Shown here: piece after piece, positions 51,878 to 61,707 of the stretch | Numbering within the stretch: position 1 is the first letter of the stretch | How the letters are laid out: each line of letters opens with the position of its first letter | From: an uncultured Pelagibacteraceae bacterium | GTDB lineage: Bacteria; Pseudomonadota; Alphaproteobacteria; Pelagibacterales; Pelagibacteraceae | DNA: 64,000 nucleotides | Assembly (NCBI GenBank): GCA_902618485.1 | Contig: CACNAR010000003.1 | Coordinates: 32,268 to 96,267, forward strand | Direction of reading: 5' to 3' | Notes under the pieces: generated by a model | Told to the model about the DNA's origin: nothing | The model's database searches: none | Seen by the model: only the letters and a program-made list of their open reading frames with translations | Position numbers and translations under genes: made by a program

Positions 51878-52882
51878 ATGACTAAATTGATAAAAATTGC
51901 AGTAGATGCAATGGGCGGAGACAATTCACCAAGGAAAATAATCGATGGAATTATTCATAATCACAAAAAAAATAAAGAAAATTTTTATAAGATTTATGGA
52001 AACAAAGATGAAATTTCAAAGCACTTAGATAATAAGATTAATAAGAGCTTTTACGAAATAATACATACTAATGACGTTGTGAAAAGTACAGATAGTCCAT
52101 TAGAGGCTGCAAAGAGAGGTAAAAAAACAAGCATGTGGCTCTCAATTGAAAGTGTTAAAAACAAAGAAACTGATATTGTAATTTCTGCTGGTAATACTGG
52201 AGCTTTGTTAGTAATTGCAAAATTAAATTTAAAAATGCTTGAAAATATTGATAGACCAGCCTTGTCTGCTTTGTGGCCAAACAAAAAAGGGATGAGTGTA
52301 GTTTTGGATCTCGGTGCAAATATTGAGTGTAGTTCAAAAAATTTAGCTGATTTTGCAATTATGGGAGCATCCTTGTATAAGTCTTTATATCCAAATGATG
52401 TTTCAAAAGTAGCTTTATTAAACATAGGTTCTGAAGAACTAAAAGGAAATGAAACAATAAAAGAAACTTATCAATTGCTAAATGATAGAAAAAATCAAAA
52501 CTTTGATTTCGAGGGTTACATAGAGGGCAATGAATTAATGAATGGTAAAGTAAATGTAATTGTTTCAGACGGATTTACTGGAAATGTTGCATTAAAAACA
52601 GCTGAGGGTACTGCCAATTTTATTACAGATGAGTTAAAGAAAGCTTTGAGTGGATCATTTCTTGGAAAAATATCCTCTCTATTAAATATTTCAAATTTAA
52701 GAAAATTTAAAAAAAGATTAGATCCTAGATTATATAATGGAGCTATATTTGTAGGTTTAGATACACCAGTTGTTAAAAGTCATGGTGGAATAGATTATAT
52801 TGGGTTCTCTAACTCTTTAGATGTTTGTAATAGAATTATTAAAGGAAATTTGATAAAAAAAATTAGGGAAAATATCAAATAA
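51878..52882 (+). CDS. plsX: phosphate acyltransferase PlsX
   Basis: IAVDAMGGDNSP start, GNTGAL, VVSDGFTGNVALKTAEG motifs. Confidence 0.95.
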   Translation: MTKLIKIAVDAMGGDNSPRKIIDGIIHNHKKNKENFYKIYGNKDEISKHLDNKINKSFYEIIHTNDVVKSTDSPLEAAKRGKKTSMWLSIESVKNKETDIVISAGNTGALLVIAKLNLKMLENIDRPALSALWPNKKGMSVVLDLGANIECSSKNLADFAIMGASLYKSLYPNDVSKVALLNIGSEELKGNETIKETYQLLNDRKNQNFDFEGYIEGNELMNGKVNVIVSDGFTGNVALKTAEGTANFITDELKKALSGSFLGKISSLLNISNLRKFKKRLDPRLYNGAIFVGLDTPVVKSHGGIDYIGFSNSLDVCNRIIKGNLIKKIRENIK

Positions 52883-53179
52883 ATGAGAACAAATTTAACT
52901 AAAAAAGATTTAGTTAACGTTATTTACATGCAAGTAGGTTTTTCTAAGCAAATATCAGAGCATTTAATTGATGAGTTTTTTTCTCTTATTACACAAAATC
53001 TTAAAAAAGAAAAAAAATTAAAATTAACAAAATTTGGTACATTTTTTATTAGATCAAAAAAATCTAGAATTGGAAGAAATCCTAAAACAAAGGAAGACAA
53101 GATTATTTCTGAGAGAAACGTAGTTTTATTTAAACCTTCTAAAGAATTTAAGGAATTTATAAATTTAAAAAATGAGTAA
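52883..53179 (+). CDS. ihfA: integration host factor alpha subunit (HU/IHF family)
   Basis: LTKKDLV...L.KFGTF.IR.K..R.GRNPKT......R.V.FKPS pattern of IHF-alpha. Confidence 0.88.
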   Translation: MRTNLTKKDLVNVIYMQVGFSKQISEHLIDEFFSLITQNLKKEKKLKLTKFGTFFIRSKKSRIGRNPKTKEDKIISERNVVLFKPSKEFKEFINLKNE

Positions 53180-53543
53180 ATATGAGAGCGCTTATAAAAC
53201 AATAGGTGAGGTAGTCAAAATTATTGGCTTAAAATCTAAGAGAGGCGACACCTCCCCAACACATACAATAAGATATTGGGAAAAAGAATTTAAACAAATT
53301 AAGCCCAAGATTTTGAATGGCAATAGACGCTATTATGACAAAAAAAATATAGATTTAATCAGAAAAGTTCATTTTCTTTTAAAAGATCAAGGAATGACAA
53401 TAAAAGGTGTTAAAAAAATTTTGAGTAATTTAGATACTTTAAAACTTGACGAAAATTTAAATGAATCTATAAAAGTTCACGATATTAGAAATAAATTAGT
53501 TAAAATTTCTAATATGATTAAAAGTTTAAAAAATATTAAGTAA
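53172..53543 (+). CDS. MerR-family transcriptional regulator
   Basis: YKTIGEVVKIIG...THTIRYWEKEF...NGNRRYYDKKNIDLI helix-turn-helix of the MerR family. The ihfA-merR pairing is common in alphaproteobacteria. Confidence 0.8.
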   Translation: MSKYESAYKTIGEVVKIIGLKSKRGDTSPTHTIRYWEKEFKQIKPKILNGNRRYYDKKNIDLIRKVHFLLKDQGMTIKGVKKILSNLDTLKLDENLNESIKVHDIRNKLVKISNMIKSLKNIK

Positions 53544-53544
53544 T

Positions 53545-53736
53545 ATGGCTAAAAAAACTCATGTTAAAGTAAGACTTGTTCCTGAGTCAAAACCAGACAG
53601 CTCTTTTTTTTATTATGTTAAAAAACCTGCAGGAGGAGAAAAAGCTAAGGTAAAACTTAAAGCAAAAAAATATAACCCTGTTACTAGAAAACATGAAATT
53701 TTTGTGGAAAAGAAACTTCCACCACACAGTAAATAA
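53545..53736 (+). CDS. rpmG: 50S ribosomal protein L33
   Basis: MAKKTHVKVRLV...FFYYVKK...KLKAKKYNPVTRKHEIFVEKK is an L33 pattern. Confidence 0.88.
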   Translation: MAKKTHVKVRLVPESKPDSSFFYYVKKPAGGEKAKVKLKAKKYNPVTRKHEIFVEKKLPPHSK

Positions 53737-54027
53737 CTATTTTCTCTTGAAGTTTCTCTTTTCGTAATCGATATATGCATAAATCATATTTTTCCAAATC
53801 TTATTTGTAATTTTTGGATCAATATTATTTTTCTGCGATTTTTTCTTTATATTTAATAAGATTTCTTTAATTCTTTTTTTATCAACTATTTGACTTTTTT
53901 TTTCTTTTAGTAAAAGCACTTTTTTGACTAAAAATGTTCTTTTTTTAATTAGCTTTATTAGTAAATTATCAAGTTTATCTAGTTCAGATCTAATTTTACT
54001 TAGTTTTTTTATTTTTAAAGGCGACAT
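53737..54027 (-). CDS. chorismate mutase (small AroQ class)
   Basis: 96 aa, LSKIRSELDKLDNLLIKLIKKR...; helical AroQ-type layout. Confidence 0.7.
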   Translation of the reverse strand: MSPLKIKKLSKIRSELDKLDNLLIKLIKKRTFLVKKVLLLKEKKSQIVDKKRIKEILLNIKKKSQKNNIDPKITNKIWKNMIYAYIDYEKRNFKRK

Positions 54028-54070
54028 TTATTAAATTGGATTTGTTAATAATTATTATATTTATCATTAT

Positions 54071-55093
54071 ATGTATATAGAGAATAGTCTATTAAAAAAA
54101 TACATGTCATTATGGCTAATGTTCATGTTTTTTTTGATAGCTTTTATGATTGTAGTGGGTGGTCTGACAAGACTAACTGATTCTGGTCTCTCAATAACAA
54201 AGTGGGAATTATTTTCTGGAACATTACCTCCTCTAAGTGATGCCATATGGTTAAATTATTTTGAAGAGTATAAAAAGATACCAGAATATAAAATGCAAAA
54301 TTATTCTATGACCATGAGTGAATTTAAAGTTATTTTTTGGTGGGAGTGGGCACATCGCTTTTTAGGAAGACTAATTGGTCTAGGATTTTTAATTCCTCTA
54401 ATATATTTTTCTTTTAAGATTAAGTTAACAAAATTATTAAATCTTTATTCAATTTTCTTCCTTATATGTTTTCAAGGTTTCATAGGTTGGTATATGGTTT
54501 CAAGTGGGTTAGTTGATAGATTAGACGTAAGTCATTTTCGACTATCAATTCATCTATTAATGGCATTTTTGATTTTGTCTTTAATTTTATGGAATTACTT
54601 TAAGTTGAATTTCGATATAAAAGAGCAATCACAATTAAATATTTTTTTTCCTCTAATCTTTTTATTTCTAGTTTTTTTGCAAATAGTTATTGGTGCTTTT
54701 GTTTCAGGTATGGACGCTGGTTTAATCTATAATTCATGGCCCATGATGGGCAATACTTACTTTCCAGATGATAATAAATTGGTAAATCTATTTAATTTAG
54801 CTGCATTTAGTGATGCATCATTAGTTCAATTTTTCCATAGAAATTTAGCATATGTAATACTTTTTTATTATTTTTGGATTTTATTTAAAATTTATAAATA
54901 TCGAATAAAAAATTGTTTTTTTGCAATTAATTTAGTTGGCTTTTTCTTACTTACTCAAGTCATTCTTGGAATATTCACTTTATTAAATGGAGCTCAAATA
55001 GTTTTAGCATCAATGCATCAATTAAGTTCAATATTTCTTGTTAGTGCATCAGTATATTTCTTATATCTTAATAAAAGAATTAATTCTTTTTAA
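54071..55093 (+). CDS. ctaA: heme A synthase (COX15/CtaA)
   Basis: 8-TM protein with GGLTRLTDSGLS, EWAHRFLGR, HLLMA and HRNLAY His motifs. Confidence 0.9.
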   Translation: MYIENSLLKKYMSLWLMFMFFLIAFMIVVGGLTRLTDSGLSITKWELFSGTLPPLSDAIWLNYFEEYKKIPEYKMQNYSMTMSEFKVIFWWEWAHRFLGRLIGLGFLIPLIYFSFKIKLTKLLNLYSIFFLICFQGFIGWYMVSSGLVDRLDVSHFRLSIHLLMAFLILSLILWNYFKLNFDIKEQSQLNIFFPLIFLFLVFLQIVIGAFVSGMDAGLIYNSWPMMGNTYFPDDNKLVNLFNLAAFSDASLVQFFHRNLAYVILFYYFWILFKIYKYRIKNCFFAINLVGFFLLTQVILGIFTLLNGAQIVLASMHQLSSIFLVSASVYFLYLNKRINSF

Positions 55094-55898
55094 TAGGAAA
55101 ATAAGTAAGGATAAATTTTTTTAGTACATTTAAGACTTTATCAGCTTCCTCTAAGAGCATCATGTGCCCACAATTGTCAATTATTTCAACTTTACTTCCA
55201 TCTATTAAATCTGCTAATTTTTTTCCCTCCTTTACAGGACACATCTTGTCTCCATTTGCCAAAATAGATAAAGTAGGGATTTTTATTTCTTTGGCAGCCT
55301 TAAAACCATTCTTGTAATTATCACAAGCTCTAAAATCTATTCCTAATGTATTTTTGATAGTTCTGGACTTAGCCAGCATTCCACCTGTATTGATGTGATA
55401 TAAACCTGGAACTGGGTGTCCACCAAAGTGTCCAGCTGGACCATGTGCCCAGTCCATCATCAAATCAACGGCTTTCGGATCATCGTTTTCTGCTAGAGAC
55501 AATAATTCTGGATTCATAGGAATAGCTCCAGCACCACCCATTAAACTTAGTGTTTTTATTTTTTTGGGAAACCTAAATGCACATTCTAAAATAATTAAAC
55601 ATCCTTGGGAATGACCAACTAGAGAAGCCTCTTTATAACCTACTGCATCTATAACATCACTAATCCAATTAGCCATATCTTCGATTGTTTTCAAGCTTTC
55701 ACCTCCAGAAAGACCATGTCCAGGCAAATCTAAAGCTAAAACACTATAACCATGAAAAGCAAAATACCTAGTTTGAAGCACCCATGTCATATGAGTTAAT
55801 CCACTACCATGAACAAAAATTATCAGTGGTTTTTTTTTGTCGAAAGGTCGTCCACCTGTAGAAGCAAAAACTTCTACACCATTAACTTTAAATTTCAT
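55080..55898 (-). CDS. alpha/beta-fold hydrolase
   Basis: HGSG oxyanion region, nucleophile elbow GHSQG, C-terminal GDK...CGHM triad residues. ATGA overlap with the metY stop. Confidence 0.8.
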   Translation of the reverse strand: MKFKVNGVEVFASTGGRPFDKKKPLIIFVHGSGLTHMTWVLQTRYFAFHGYSVLALDLPGHGLSGGESLKTIEDMANWISDVIDAVGYKEASLVGHSQGCLIILECAFRFPKKIKTLSLMGGAGAIPMNPELLSLAENDDPKAVDLMMDWAHGPAGHFGGHPVPGLYHINTGGMLAKSRTIKNTLGIDFRACDNYKNGFKAAKEIKIPTLSILANGDKMCPVKEGKKLADLIDGSKVEIIDNCGHMMLLEEADKVLNVLKKFILTYFPIKKN

Positions 55899-57229
55899 TG
55901 ATTGGAAACAAGTCTTGGTCGTCTTGCAGCTCTAAAACCTGTCTCAAAGTCATTTCTAATATCATCAAAATCTTCTATCCCCACAGACAATCTAATCATA
56001 TCTTGAGATAATCCAGCAAATTTTAATGTAGCCTCATCCATTTGAGAGTGTGTAGAGGATGCTGGATGAATTACTAAGGTTCTAGTATCACCAACATTTG
56101 CAAGATGTGAAGCAAGTTTAACATTATTTATAAATGCTTCTCCTGCTTCTTTACCACCTTTGATACCAAAAGCTATCATAGAACCCTTACCATGTGGTAA
56201 AAGTTTTTTTGCTAAATCGTGGTCTGGGTGATCAGGAACACTTGGATGTGAAACCCAAGCAACACTCTCATGGCTAAATAAATATTCAACCATTTTTTCT
56301 GCGTTAGAACAATGCTTTTGCATTCTAACAGATAAAGTTTCAATACCTTGTAAAACATTCCAGGCATTTTGTGGACTCAAACATGGTCCAAAATCTCTCA
56401 TACCTTCGGCTCTTGCTTTCATTGTAAACGCTGTAGGACCAAACTCTTCAGCAAATGAAAGTCCATGGTAACCTTCATAAGGTTTAGTCATAGTTGGAAA
56501 TTTATCATTTTGCATCCAATCAAATTTTCCACCCTCTACTAAGATACCTGCCATTGATGAACCGTGTCCTGCCATCCATTTCGTAAGTGAATGAACAACA
56601 ATATCAGCACCATGATCAATTGGTTTGCAAAGATATGGTGTTTGATAAGTAGCATCTATAATTAAAGGAACTCCAGCATTATGAGCAATCTTAGCTATTT
56701 CAGGCATATTCATAATTTCGTTTCCAGGATTTCCAACAAGCTCACCAAAAATACCTTTAGTATTTTTTTGAATTGCTTTTTTAAAACCCTCAGTATCTCT
56801 TGGTTTTACAAATGTACATTTGATACCAAATTTTGGTAAAGTAAGCCTAAATAAATTTACAGTCCCACCATAAAGCTGAGACGAAACTACTAAATGATCT
56901 CCAGCTTCACATAAAGTCATTATCGTTAAAAAAATTGCACTCATCCCAGATGAAGTTGCTAAGGCTGCTGTACCTCCTTCTAAGGCCGCAACTCTCTCCT
57001 CTAATACTGCAACTGTAGGATTAGAAATTCTGCTATAGATATGACCACCTCTTTCTAAATTAAAAAGTGCTGCAGCATGATCAACATCATCAAACAAATA
57101 TGATGTAGTTTGATAAATTGGTACTTGTCTTGAACCAGCATTTTTATGAGGCTGATAGCCAGCATGAAGACTTAGTGTATCAAATTTGTAAGTTTTAGGA
57201 TCTGTGCTTTTCTTTTTTTTGTCGGTCAT
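55895..57229 (-). CDS. metY: O-acetylhomoserine sulfhydrylase
   Basis: Cys/Met-metabolism PLP enzyme: FDTLSLHAG, SLTKWMAGHGSSMAG (PLP Lys), about 444 aa like MetY/MetZ. Confidence 0.9.
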   Translation of the reverse strand: MTDKKKKSTDPKTYKFDTLSLHAGYQPHKNAGSRQVPIYQTTSYLFDDVDHAAALFNLERGGHIYSRISNPTVAVLEERVAALEGGTAALATSSGMSAIFLTIMTLCEAGDHLVVSSQLYGGTVNLFRLTLPKFGIKCTFVKPRDTEGFKKAIQKNTKGIFGELVGNPGNEIMNMPEIAKIAHNAGVPLIIDATYQTPYLCKPIDHGADIVVHSLTKWMAGHGSSMAGILVEGGKFDWMQNDKFPTMTKPYEGYHGLSFAEEFGPTAFTMKARAEGMRDFGPCLSPQNAWNVLQGIETLSVRMQKHCSNAEKMVEYLFSHESVAWVSHPSVPDHPDHDLAKKLLPHGKGSMIAFGIKGGKEAGEAFINNVKLASHLANVGDTRTLVIHPASSTHSQMDEATLKFAGLSQDMIRLSVGIEDFDDIRNDFETGFRAARRPRLVSNQ

Positions 57230-57281
57230 AAATTTTCCTTGATTTTAAATATTAATAACTAACTATCAATATTAATATAAA

Positions 57282-57309
57282 TTGACAATATCACATTTAT
57301 CAGTATTAA
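57282..57309 (+). promoter_or_regulatory. candidate sigma70-type promoter for rplM-rpsI
   Basis: TTGACA (57282-57287), 16-nt spacer, TATTAA (57304-57309). This implies a very short leader before ATG 57321, which lowers confidence. Confidence 0.3.
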
Positions 57310-57320
57310 TCCGGCCAATC

Positions 57321-57779
57321 ATGACTAAATTTATCAAAAAAGAGCAATTATCACCATCATGGTATGAGATTGATGCAACCAATGCAGTTGTAGGTAGACT
57401 CGCTACAGTAATATCCAAAATTATAAGAGGAAAAAATAAAACTACTTATACACCACATATGAATAGTGGGGATTTTGTTGTTGTTAAAAATATCGAACAA
57501 ATAAGATTTACAGGAAAAAAATTTCAGAATAAAAAATACTATAAACACACTGGTCATCCTGGTGGAATCAAAGAAACTACCCCTGAAAAACTTAAAGAAA
57601 AAAAACCAGGTGAGATTTTAAAATTAGCTGTAAAAAGAATGCTACCTACTGGAGTATTAGGTAGAGAACAGCTTTCCAAGTTAAAAATTTATAGTGGGGA
57701 CAATCATCCTCATTCAGCTCAAAATCCTAAAGTAATAGAACTAAATAAACTTAATAATAAAAATATTGTAAGAAATTAA
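57321..57779 (+). CDS. rplM: 50S ribosomal protein L13
   Basis: SWYEIDATNAVVGRLATVISKIIRGKNKTTYTPH is the canonical L13 start. ATG 57321 is preferred over the ORF-track TTG 57282. Confidence 0.95.
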   Translation: MTKFIKKEQLSPSWYEIDATNAVVGRLATVISKIIRGKNKTTYTPHMNSGDFVVVKNIEQIRFTGKKFQNKKYYKHTGHPGGIKETTPEKLKEKKPGEILKLAVKRMLPTGVLGREQLSKLKIYSGDNHPHSAQNPKVIELNKLNNKNIVRN

Positions 57780-57780
57780 T

Positions 57781-58218
57781 ATGGAAAGTGCCCAACAAAA
57801 TCAAAAAAAGATAAAGCTAAAATTAGATTTTAAAGATAGCAAATATGCCACTGGTAGAAGAAAAACTTCAATTGCAAAAGTTTGGCTTAAAAAAGGCTCT
57901 GGCAAAATTTATGTTAATGGAAAACTTTATAGCGAATATTTTTCAAGTGATAATCATAAAATGCAAATAACAAAACCCTTTGAATTAATCAAACAACCCA
58001 CTGATTTTGACGTTAGATGTAATGTAAAGGGTGGGGGACCAACGGGTCAAGCTGGAGCAATGGTTCATGGAATTTCCAAAGCTTTAGTTTTATTTGATGA
58101 AAATTTTAAAACATCACTTAAAACTGAAAAATTAACCACTCGCGATTCTCGTGCTGTTGAAAGAAAAAAACCTGGAAGAAAAAAAGCGAGAAGAAGTTTC
58201 CAGTTTTCTAAAAGATAA
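57781..58218 (+). CDS. rpsI: 30S ribosomal protein S9
   Basis: ATGRRKTSIAKVWL...GGGPTGQAGA...RDSRAVERKKPGRKKARRSFQFSKR is canonical S9. Confidence 0.96.
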   Translation: MESAQQNQKKIKLKLDFKDSKYATGRRKTSIAKVWLKKGSGKIYVNGKLYSEYFSSDNHKMQITKPFELIKQPTDFDVRCNVKGGGPTGQAGAMVHGISKALVLFDENFKTSLKTEKLTTRDSRAVERKKPGRKKARRSFQFSKR

Positions 58219-58251
58219 TTTTCTTTTAATAATTAACTGTTATAATAAAAA

Positions 58252-59274
58252 ATGTCTAAGCTTAATGTATTAATTTCTGGATCGACTGGATATATAGGTA
58301 TTCAATTAATTAAATTGTTAGTCAAACATAGATATGTAAAAATTAAATATCTTTGTGGAAATTCCTCTGTTGGAAAAAAGATTTCATATTTTGATAAATC
58401 TTTAATTAATAAAAAATTACCAAAAATTGTAAAATTTAATAAAAAATATCTTAATGAAATTGACATAATTTTTACAGCACTTCCCAATGGTGAAGCTCAG
58501 GTAATTTCAAATTATTTAAAAAAAAATAATGTGTTAATTGATTTAGCTGCCGATTTTAGACTAAAAAAAGCTTCCGATTATTTTAAGTGGTATAAACAGA
58601 AACACAAATCAACTAAGAATATTAAAAAAAGTATTTATTCAATACCAGAAATTTCAAAGCAAGAAGTTAAAAAATTTAATATAATTGCTTGTCCTGGATG
58701 TTACCCAACTTCGATTCTATTACCTTTAATTCCATTAGTTCAGAAAAAAATGATTCGATTAAACAACATTATTATTGACTCTAAATCAGGATATTCAGGC
58801 GCAGGTAGAGGAGTTCACAAAAAATATAAAGATCAAAATTTATATGAGTCAATTAGTGCTTATGGAGTCGGGTTCCACAGACACAATTCAGAAATAGAGC
58901 AAACTTTAAAAGAATATTCAAACAAAAAAATTGAATTTAATTTCACTCCACATCTAACACCAATGTTTAGAGGAATTTTGAGTACAATTTATGTAGAGGT
59001 CAACAAAAATGTTTCTCAAAACAAAATCAAAAAAGTTTTAGAAAATTATTATAAGAACGATATTTTTATTAAAATTCTAAAAAATGATGCTTTAATAAGT
59101 ACCAATGATGTAATAAATACAAACAAATGTCTTATATCAGTATGTAAGACGAAAAATAAAAATAAGTTAATTATTCTTTCAACTATAGATAATCTTATTA
59201 AGGGTGGATCTGGTCAAGGTATACAAAACATGAATTTAAAGTTTGGATTTCCTTTAAAAACTGGACTTATATGA
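58252..59274 (+). CDS. argC: N-acetyl-gamma-glutamyl-phosphate reductase
   Basis: ISGSTGYIG start, active-site CPGCYPTS, IDNLIKGGSGQGIQNMN C-terminus. Confidence 0.92.
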   Translation: MSKLNVLISGSTGYIGIQLIKLLVKHRYVKIKYLCGNSSVGKKISYFDKSLINKKLPKIVKFNKKYLNEIDIIFTALPNGEAQVISNYLKKNNVLIDLAADFRLKKASDYFKWYKQKHKSTKNIKKSIYSIPEISKQEVKKFNIIACPGCYPTSILLPLIPLVQKKMIRLNNIIIDSKSGYSGAGRGVHKKYKDQNLYESISAYGVGFHRHNSEIEQTLKEYSNKKIEFNFTPHLTPMFRGILSTIYVEVNKNVSQNKIKKVLENYYKNDIFIKILKNDALISTNDVINTNKCLISVCKTKNKNKLIILSTIDNLIKGGSGQGIQNMNLKFGFPLKTGLI

Positions 59275-59498
59275 AAAAAATAAATCTAATTTTAATTTTA
59301 ATAATCTTCTCATCATGTTCTTTTAGTAATGATTCTGTTTATTGGAATGAACACAACAAAAAAAAAGTTAAAGAACAAAAAAAAATGGCTAAAATAATTA
59401 AAAAATCAAAAGATATTACATTAATGTCTCTAGATGAGTACAAGATTTATATAGATGATTATATTAAAAAAAGTAAATATCCTGATATAGCAAGATGA
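59271..59498 (+). CDS. small putative lipoprotein
   Basis: 75 aa, signal peptide with lipobox IFSSC. ATGA overlaps with both argC and hom. No family recognised. Confidence 0.5.
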   Translation: MKKINLILILIIFSSCSFSNDSVYWNEHNKKKVKEQKKMAKIIKKSKDITLMSLDEYKIYIDDYIKKSKYPDIAR

Positions 59499-60787
59499 AA
59501 AATTTAGTGAATATTGCAATAATTGGCTTAGGACAAATAGGTATTTACCTTTACAATGAGTTGAGATCAAAAAAAAAAGAAATTGAGAGAAAAACTGGAA
59601 AAAAAATTAATATTGTTGCTATATCAGCAAAAAATAGGAACAAAAAAAGAAGATTTCAAATTCAAAAAAATATATTCTTTAAAAAACCACTTCAAATTTT
59701 TAGAGATAAAAAAATAGATGTACTATTTGAATGCATAGGTCAATCTGACGGTATTTCAAAAAAGATAGTCGAAACTGCTCTTAAAAATAAAATACACGTC
59801 ATAACACCTAACAAAGCTTTAATTGCAAAACATGGAGATCGTTTAGCAAAACTTGCTGAAAAAAATAATGTAAATTTAGAATTTGAAGCCTCTGTTGCAG
59901 GAGGGATCCCTATCTTAAGAACGATTAAGGAAGGTTTAGCAACAAATAAAATCGATAAAGTCTACGGAATTTTGAATGGAACAACCAACTATATCTTATC
60001 TGAAATGGAAAATAGTAACGAAAACTTTAATAAAGTTTTACAAAAAGCACAACAACTTGGTTATGCAGAGCCAGGAAACCCAAAACTTGATCTGAATGGG
60101 TTTGACGCGTTTGCGAAAGTAAGAATTTTATCTGCTCTCTCGTTTAATACAAAAATTTCTAAACAAAAATGTATAATGCAAGGTATTGAAAATATCGATT
60201 TAAAAGACATTAAAATCGCAGGTCAATTAGGATTAAGAGTTAAACTTCTTGGTATTTCTGAAGTAATCAATCATAGATTATTTGAAACTGTGCATCCATG
60301 CTTAGTTAGTAAAAATACTTATATTGGAAATGTTAATGGGGTTATGAATGCTGTTATTATAGAGGGTAAACCAATAGGTGAGAGTGTCTTGCAAGGCGAG
60401 GGTGCTGGCCCGGGTCCAACCTCATCTTCATTATTGTCTGATTTATTGTCAATTTTGAGAGGAAATATTAAGTATCCATTTGGTTTATCCTCAAAAAAAA
60501 GAAAATCTCTTAAATCATTTAATAATGATAATTATACTAATTCTTTATATCTTAGATTTGAGGTGAATGACAAACAAGGGGTTCTTTCTCTTATAACAAA
60601 CAGATTATCTAAATATAAAATTTCTGTAAAAAGAATAATCCAGACACCAGATAAAAAAAACAAGAAGGCGACAATAGTCATCATTACCCATAAAACCTCT
60701 GAGAAGAATGCTAGTAATTGCTTATCTATATTTAGAAAAAACAAGAATATTCTTAGATCTCCAACATTAATTCGATTATATAATTAA
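59495..60787 (+). CDS. hom: homoserine dehydrogenase
   Basis: IGLGQIG Rossmann motif, ITPNKAL, FEASVAGGIPI, GILNGTTNYIL, C-terminal ACT domain. Confidence 0.93.
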   Translation: MKNLVNIAIIGLGQIGIYLYNELRSKKKEIERKTGKKINIVAISAKNRNKKRRFQIQKNIFFKKPLQIFRDKKIDVLFECIGQSDGISKKIVETALKNKIHVITPNKALIAKHGDRLAKLAEKNNVNLEFEASVAGGIPILRTIKEGLATNKIDKVYGILNGTTNYILSEMENSNENFNKVLQKAQQLGYAEPGNPKLDLNGFDAFAKVRILSALSFNTKISKQKCIMQGIENIDLKDIKIAGQLGLRVKLLGISEVINHRLFETVHPCLVSKNTYIGNVNGVMNAVIIEGKPIGESVLQGEGAGPGPTSSSLLSDLLSILRGNIKYPFGLSSKKRKSLKSFNNDNYTNSLYLRFEVNDKQGVLSLITNRLSKYKISVKRIIQTPDKKNKKATIVIITHKTSEKNASNCLSIFRKNKNILRSPTLIRLYN

Positions 60788-61689
60788 TGGATATTTATAT
60801 AAAACTTTTTGAGGTTTTATTTCCAGTATTTTTTGTAGTTGGTATTGGATATTACTTAGGTAAAAAAAATCCTAAAATAGATACAACTTTTATTACTAAT
60901 TTTGCTGCTAATGTTGGAACTCCAGCAATGATTATTTATGCGTTAAATCCAGTTAATATCTCTTTCAATATTTTTTTAAATTATTTTTGGTATTACGCGC
61001 TAGCTATTGTTGGTTTTATGATTACTGGAGTTATAATACTATTTCTTCTAAACACAAAAGATATTATAAGAGAATTACCTCCATTAACAATGCCAAATAC
61101 TGGAAATATGGGCTTGCCTATATGTTTGTTTGCTTATGGTTCACAAGGACTTGGAGTTTCAGCCGCAATATCTGCTTTAATTATTTTATGCCATTTTACC
61201 CTAGGTGTATTTCTTGCTGATAGAAAATTTAGTTTGGACGTTATACTGAAAAGCCCTCCGTTTTACGCAATAATAATTTCCGTTTTTTTGCTTTATTACG
61301 ACTTAGAACTTCCAGGATTTGTTGAAAATACCACTTTTCTATTAATGTATGCTACAATATTTCTAATTTTAATGTCTTTAGGAATTGCTCTAACAAGACT
61401 AAAGGTCTTCTCACTTAATAAAGCAATATTTTCTTCTATAGGACGAGTAATCATTGGTCCTATAATTGGATACTTTTTGATTTTATATTTTAATCTAGAG
61501 GGATTTGCAGCCGGTGTTTTATTAATTCAATGTTCTATGCCAAGTGCAGTTCTTAATTACCTTGTTGCCTCTATATATTCTCCTAAAAAGATTGTTGATA
61601 GTGTTGCTAGTACTATTGTTGTTTCGACATTGATGTCATTTATAACTGTGCCAATAGTAGTATTCTTTGCTTTAAAATACTTTAATTAA
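60787..61689 (+). CDS. AEC (auxin efflux carrier)-family membrane transporter
   Basis: 300 aa, about 10 TM segments. N-terminal LFPVFFVVGIGYYLGK and C-terminal half with MPSAV motif are typical of Mem_trans/AEC proteins. Confidence 0.65.
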   Translation: MDIYIKLFEVLFPVFFVVGIGYYLGKKNPKIDTTFITNFAANVGTPAMIIYALNPVNISFNIFLNYFWYYALAIVGFMITGVIILFLLNTKDIIRELPPLTMPNTGNMGLPICLFAYGSQGLGVSAAISALIILCHFTLGVFLADRKFSLDVILKSPPFYAIIISVFLLYYDLELPGFVENTTFLLMYATIFLILMSLGIALTRLKVFSLNKAIFSSIGRVIIGPIIGYFLILYFNLEGFAAGVLLIQCSMPSAVLNYLVASIYSPKKIVDSVASTIVVSTLMSFITVPIVVFFALKYFN

Positions 61690-61707
61690 TATATATCCTA
61701 TTAATAG

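Noticed and set aside
57230-57320. Looked for a SAM-V/SAM-II riboswitch in the metY leader, since these are known upstream of methionine genes in marine alphaproteobacteria.
   Set aside because: The leader is short and uniformly AT-rich apart from GGCCGG. There is no AAAGCU-type 3' tail and no stem capable of the required pseudoknot.
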